A stretch of 64,000 nt of DNA from Picochlorum sp. SENEW3. Lineage: Eukaryota. Within the stretch, counting starts at the first letter, position 1; the number at the start of each line of letters is the position of its first letter. Where the stretch lies: contig CP120456.1 in the NCBI GenBank assembly GCA_034226945.1, positions 744,001 to 808,000 of the forward strand. The letters are read 5' to 3'. The notes under the pieces are model-generated. The model had not been told where the DNA came from. It made no database searches and saw only the letters and a list, made by a program, of their open reading frames with translations. Below are positions 59,762 through 64,000 of this stretch, in pieces. Position numbers and translations under genes: made by a program.

Positions 59762-62038
59762 ATGACCCCAGCAATTGCGGGGAGGACTCCCAGACCGACT
59801 GGTCCATTCGACCCGCCGATTGGGAGGAAAACAAGCATAATAGTGTTGAAAAAGGTATTGTACGAAGGGAAGGATGACGTTAGAATCGTGACATCGCTGT
59901 CGACGCAGTCCTCAACAGAGGTGTTTGAAATAGACTCTGAGCATGGGGTGCTCCGATTTGCATCCGAGAGCGTCTTTACTGATGAGGCATCAGCGCTGTC
60001 AGCGCTAGAGAAGCAAGGGTTTCAGATTCAAACGGGCATTCGAGGAAGCGCGCTGCTTGGATTTGTGTCCACGGAGACAGTTGCAGGGGTGTTGGTTGCT
60101 GTTCAAACCATGCCCAAGGTGACGTTGCCAGGTGGTCATATATTGCACCTGGTGACTGATGCGCAGTGGGTTGTGGTGAATTATAAAAACTTTAATGGTA
60201 TACATCCGAGCGTTTTGGCAGCGGAGCAAGATTTTTGGAGGTTATTGCAGCAGAATAATGTGTCTGGGACCCACTATTTTTGTGAGAGTGTTGATGTGTC
60301 TAGGCCGTTTCCGAGTGATTACGCCTCATTTCATCCGGATCAGGAATTTGTATGGAACTCTTGGCTATCCAAGCCGTTCAGGGATTTGGGTTTGCTGCGA
60401 CACTGTCCTTGTTTATTACAAGGAGCTGTGGAGAGTGCTGATCAGGTCCATGTAAATGGGGAGCGGTATACAATAACAACAATATCAAGGAGAAGTAGAA
60501 GACATCCGGGAACACGATATCTTGCAAGAGGTTTGAATCAGTATGCTGGTCCTGGAAATGAAATTGAAGTCGAGTCTATTGTTTGGAAGAGTGCCGAGGG
60601 AAAATGTGTTGATTGGTGCCGGGTGTTCTGGAGGAGAGGGACTGTTCCTATATGGTGGGGTGTAGAAATTCAACCTCTGAATAAAGGTTTGCATGCAGAG
60701 GTGTATGTTAGGGAGGAGAAGACGTACGTTGGATCGTTGACATATTTCAAAAGTTTGTTAGGCAGGGCTGCCCATGAATCTCATGGTGGCCATGAGGAAG
60801 GAAAAGATACATTGAACTCGTATTTGAGTTCAAGTGAATCACAAGAGGCAGTCACATGTATCAACTTGCTACATTGCAATCCTAAGAAGGCTGCGGAATT
60901 ATTGTTGTCATCTCACTTTCAAGAAGGCATGCGTCATGTGAAGGAACGGCTTGGTTCTCATGGTGGATCATCATTAAGGCTTTTGAATTTTGACTGGCAC
61001 GGAACAATGGCGTGTTTGACTGAAGAGAAGGGTGTCGAAGCATTTTGGCATTTTATCGAGCAACCAGTTAAAACTGTAGGGTTTGCTGCTGGATCCATGA
61101 GGTCAAGGGATGCCGTCACAGATTGCCAGGATGAATCCTTGTGGGGTGACCATTGGAAAATGTGTTGGACACGAAGGCAAAAGGGGTTACTTCGTTTTAA
61201 TTGTGCGGATTCCTTGGATAGAACTAATGCTGCGTCATGCTTTGCCATTCTTCCAGTATTGCAAGAGTCGCTCCAGCATTTGGGCATTCAATTGGATATG
61301 GTTGACCAATCAGCTGAAAATAGTAAACTCCAAGCACTTCCTCCTGGATGGGAAGTTCGTGAACATGAGGGAAGGCCATTGTATATCGATCATAACACGA
61401 AGAAAACACAGTGGGAACGACCAAGTATGCCACAGAGCAGCCCAAAGGCTACTCCCTGGCAATTCTTTACCTACTCGTTGGGTGATGTCCGATCGAGATT
61501 GTATCCAGATGTCATAAACGATTATATTACAATGTTTAGAAAGCATGGTGATGTTCATAGCGAACTATACACTGGATCTGCCGCCATGCACAGCCATATT
61601 CTAGGTGTTGTCCTACCAAATGACACACGCAGCTATGGATCAGCATCAAGTGTGGGAAAACTACAGAATCTAAAAGTTGCGGTACAGAGAAGGTGGAACA
61701 ATACAGTATCTGATGCTCCACGACAGCAATCGATAGAAATGTTTCTAGGACTGAATATATCCAGGCACTGCCCTGGGTTGTCCATGAGCTGCCTCGATGG
61801 CACACATGATGATGCAGTATTCCAAAGCATTGTCGTTGCTGAGGATGAAAATGAGCTTGCCGAGTCGAAAACAATATCAAATTTGGGAGAAGAACTAAGA
61901 GCCTTGGGTTTAAAATCGATCAAAAAGCATGATGGGCGACTCGCTTTGGAAGAAGATGTAGAGGATGCAAATCCAAAGGACCCCCTTGGGCTTTTCACAG
62001 AGTCTCCACCACCGCCACCACCACCAGATTTATTATAA
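59762..62038 (+). CDS. SAC9-like phosphoinositide phosphatase with WW domain
   Basis: SRRHPGTRYLARG, RRGTVPIWW, catalytic NCADSLDRTN, WW domain LPPGWE..YIDHNTKKTQWERP. Confidence 0.88.
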   Translation: MTPAIAGRTPRPTGPFDPPIGRKTSIIVLKKVLYEGKDDVRIVTSLSTQSSTEVFEIDSEHGVLRFASESVFTDEASALSALEKQGFQIQTGIRGSALLGFVSTETVAGVLVAVQTMPKVTLPGGHILHLVTDAQWVVVNYKNFNGIHPSVLAAEQDFWRLLQQNNVSGTHYFCESVDVSRPFPSDYASFHPDQEFVWNSWLSKPFRDLGLLRHCPCLLQGAVESADQVHVNGERYTITTISRRSRRHPGTRYLARGLNQYAGPGNEIEVESIVWKSAEGKCVDWCRVFWRRGTVPIWWGVEIQPLNKGLHAEVYVREEKTYVGSLTYFKSLLGRAAHESHGGHEEGKDTLNSYLSSSESQEAVTCINLLHCNPKKAAELLLSSHFQEGMRHVKERLGSHGGSSLRLLNFDWHGTMACLTEEKGVEAFWHFIEQPVKTVGFAAGSMRSRDAVTDCQDESLWGDHWKMCWTRRQKGLLRFNCADSLDRTNAASCFAILPVLQESLQHLGIQLDMVDQSAENSKLQALPPGWEVREHEGRPLYIDHNTKKTQWERPSMPQSSPKATPWQFFTYSLGDVRSRLYPDVINDYITMFRKHGDVHSELYTGSAAMHSHILGVVLPNDTRSYGSASSVGKLQNLKVAVQRRWNNTVSDAPRQQSIEMFLGLNISRHCPGLSMSCLDGTHDDAVFQSIVVAEDENELAESKTISNLGEELRALGLKSIKKHDGRLALEEDVEDANPKDPLGLFTESPPPPPPPDLL

Positions 62039-62057
62039 TGGTGTAAAACAGATGACA

Positions 62058-63059
62058 TTATACACTGGACACGCGATGAATCTCGAGGGCATCAGCCTCT
62101 GCAGACTGCCCTGCGACAGGAGAATACAAAACAGTGTGCTCCTCATCTCCTTCGTGCAACGCGGTTTTCGCATTCCCTGTCCTCGAGTATAGAACTATTC
62201 CAGAGCAAACAAAACCAAACGACACAGCAAAGATGACAACCTCGGTCATGGTGACTTCAAACAAGAGTATTCGAATCAACAGAATATACAAGTCTGACGA
62301 CAACAGCCCTATATTCAACAGGGTCGATCCCCCTTGCTGTAGTACAAAAGGAATTGTAGAGTAAAAGATAAACATGGCCAAAGCAAAGCCCACAATATAC
62401 GCAACGAGAATTGCACTCCAATGAGAAGAGATAACAATCTTTAGCTCCAAAGCAAGAAATTGAATCCCACTGATCAACGAGCCCCACAAGCCAAGATTTC
62501 CCAGCAACGTCTTCCAATGAATATCTCTCAAGAATGATTCCTGTAGCACATTGGCAGCACCATACAGAGAAGCTCCAATCAACACAAGGCAATCCCCAAA
62601 CAAGGAATGTTCATGAGATGCTGCTTCTCCATTCGAATCAGAAATTATCAACAAGCTTAAACCTCCGATACAGAGACAAACTCCAATCCCATGCCCAATT
62701 TTGTACGTTGCCAATCCCAATACTTTGGTAAGAATCACAGCAACTGGAATGGAAAACTGATCTAGCAGTGCCACACTTGTCATACTCGTCTTTTGAAACG
62801 CCATCACAACGAGGTAATTTGCTTCAACATCCATCAATGCAAGAATAGCATACTTCCACCACTCGTAGGATGATTCTTCATTCGACGTGTCGGTAACGAA
62901 GAATTTGTAGACAACAAACAGGAGCAGATATGTACAGCAAGACAAAAGAGCTGGGCAGTACACCGACGAACTCGACAAGATTGCAGCACATGTTGATGTG
63001 ACAGCAATCAATATACTCAATAATTGAGATAGAAGGATGGCTCTGACCTGCGCTGACAT
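62058..63059 (-). CDS. SLC35F1/F2-like (DUF914) solute carrier
   Basis: WWKY..LA..DVEANYLVV.AFQ.TS.TS..LLD, GD.LV..GA.LY..NV.QE, N..LLSSD.Y; about 10 TMs. Confidence 0.88.
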   Translation of the reverse strand: MSAQVRAILLSQLLSILIAVTSTCAAILSSSSVYCPALLSCCTYLLLFVVYKFFVTDTSNEESSYEWWKYAILALMDVEANYLVVMAFQKTSMTSVALLDQFSIPVAVILTKVLGLATYKIGHGIGVCLCIGGLSLLIISDSNGEAASHEHSLFGDCLVLIGASLYGAANVLQESFLRDIHWKTLLGNLGLWGSLISGIQFLALELKIVISSHWSAILVAYIVGFALAMFIFYSTIPFVLQQGGSTLLNIGLLSSDLYILLIRILLFEVTMTEVVIFAVSFGFVCSGIVLYSRTGNAKTALHEGDEEHTVLYSPVAGQSAEADALEIHRVSSV

Positions 63060-63392
63060 GTCCGTTGCATGTCCCTTAGTGGGTACCCACCAAACACTTC
63101 TATAGAACGATAAGAGATTCCAGTTCACCCATTGCTAGTAATAAGACTGGGAAGTTTAAAATAAGTAGATACAATATATATAGCAACTGCAATGACGATG
63201 AAAAAGCTCAAGAGACATGTCCTGGCAGCGTCCTCCTCTCCGTAAATAAACATTTGAAACAGTCAAAGGGTGTATCGCAGGTATCCAATTCGGGCCATTC
63301 TGATGAAAAATTGTGATAATTATCACAAATATATTGATGCATACATAGAACCCTTGGAAATTTTGGGATTCTGAGGAAAACGAGGTATCGTC

Positions 63393-64000
63393 ATGGGGGG
63401 AAAACCCGTCTGGCCAGAAGGAGACGATGGCGTTCTTCTTAACGACATTTTGATCGAAAAAAGTATTCAAGATGTATTTATTATGATACATGGTGGATTG
63501 ACAGAGTATAGGAAGCATCTTGAGGACCTCTGCAAGCACGAGAACTTTTGCTTTTATGGGTGGAAGGCAAGTGAGGAAGAGCTGGAGTCTGCAGCACCTT
63601 GCGCCACTGTTGTGCAAAGTCTTTCTGAAGTGAAGCAAGGTATGGTGGCGAAAAAATCATTCGATGCGCCTGGGGGTATGGGTCAAAAGTACAAGACCGT
63701 TGAGAGGATGGCTATTATGGAGTTGGATCCTGGTAAAAAGGTTTTGATTGAATCATGTGTGTCCACCAAGGCGCCGTATGGAGACAAGTTCAATGTTCTC
63801 TTAAGGCATTGTTTTGAGTCTCAGGATAAGAGTCTAGTTCAAATGACGGTTCGATGCGTGATTGTATACCATGCCAAGATTAATGGGATGATCAAGGGCA
63901 TGATTGAAAAGGGGAGCAAGGAAGGGATGCAGAAGAGTCAGGAGAAGGCGGCATTGGTGTTGAAGAAATTTGTTCCGATTCGAAAGTCTACAAAAGAAGA
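63393..64000 (+). CDS. VASt (StART-like) sterol-transfer domain protein (3'-partial)
   Basis: Frame open from ATG 63393 to the window end; contains STKAPYGDKF and MIKGMIEKGS, typical of VASt domains. Confidence 0.7.
   Translation, partial: MGGKPVWPEGDDGVLLNDILIEKSIQDVFIMIHGGLTEYRKHLEDLCKHENFCFYGWKASEEELESAAPCATVVQSLSEVKQGMVAKKSFDAPGGMGQKYKTVERMAIMELDPGKKVLIESCVSTKAPYGDKFNVLLRHCFESQDKSLVQMTVRCVIVYHAKINGMIKGMIEKGSKEGMQKSQEKAALVLKKFVPIRKSTKE

Overview
Gene-dense eukaryotic nuclear DNA with short GT-AG introns (mostly 60-130 nt), very short or overlapping intergenic gaps and many plastid- or mitochondrion-type products. This fits a compact green-algal genome; a Picochlorum-like trebouxiophyte is inferred, not proven. 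About 28 host genes are present, including a SOS1-like antiporter, SecA-like ATPase, TCAB1, PLIP-like lipase, KsgA, DEX1, enoyl-ACP reductase, TMEM120, PDH E2/E3BP-like, DNAJC2, PGS1, GOT1, CPL1-like, PEPCK, an M11-like metzincin, RimO, VID27, AKR, HINT, TEX2-like, SAC9-like, SLC35F and a VASt protein. Main observations: (1) an unclassified, recently active ~1.3-kb element, present as a 1.5-mer tandem at 2582-4639 and an inverted monomer at 16380-17677, whose start codon is created only by splicing (A|TG) and whose ORF may be a degenerate Penelope-like RT fragment; (2) a 5.6-kb Mutator-like element with subterminal inverted repeats, an 8-bp TSD, and a KOW-like/Ulp1 protease cargo gene; (3) a complete VID27 gene nested antisense in a 2.4-kb intron of rimO; (4) a PDH E2 paralogue with the DHR->DSR change typical of E3-binding protein; (5) recurrent chains of overlapping perfect palindromes in non-coding DNA. 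All family calls come from motif recognition by eye; no database searches were run.
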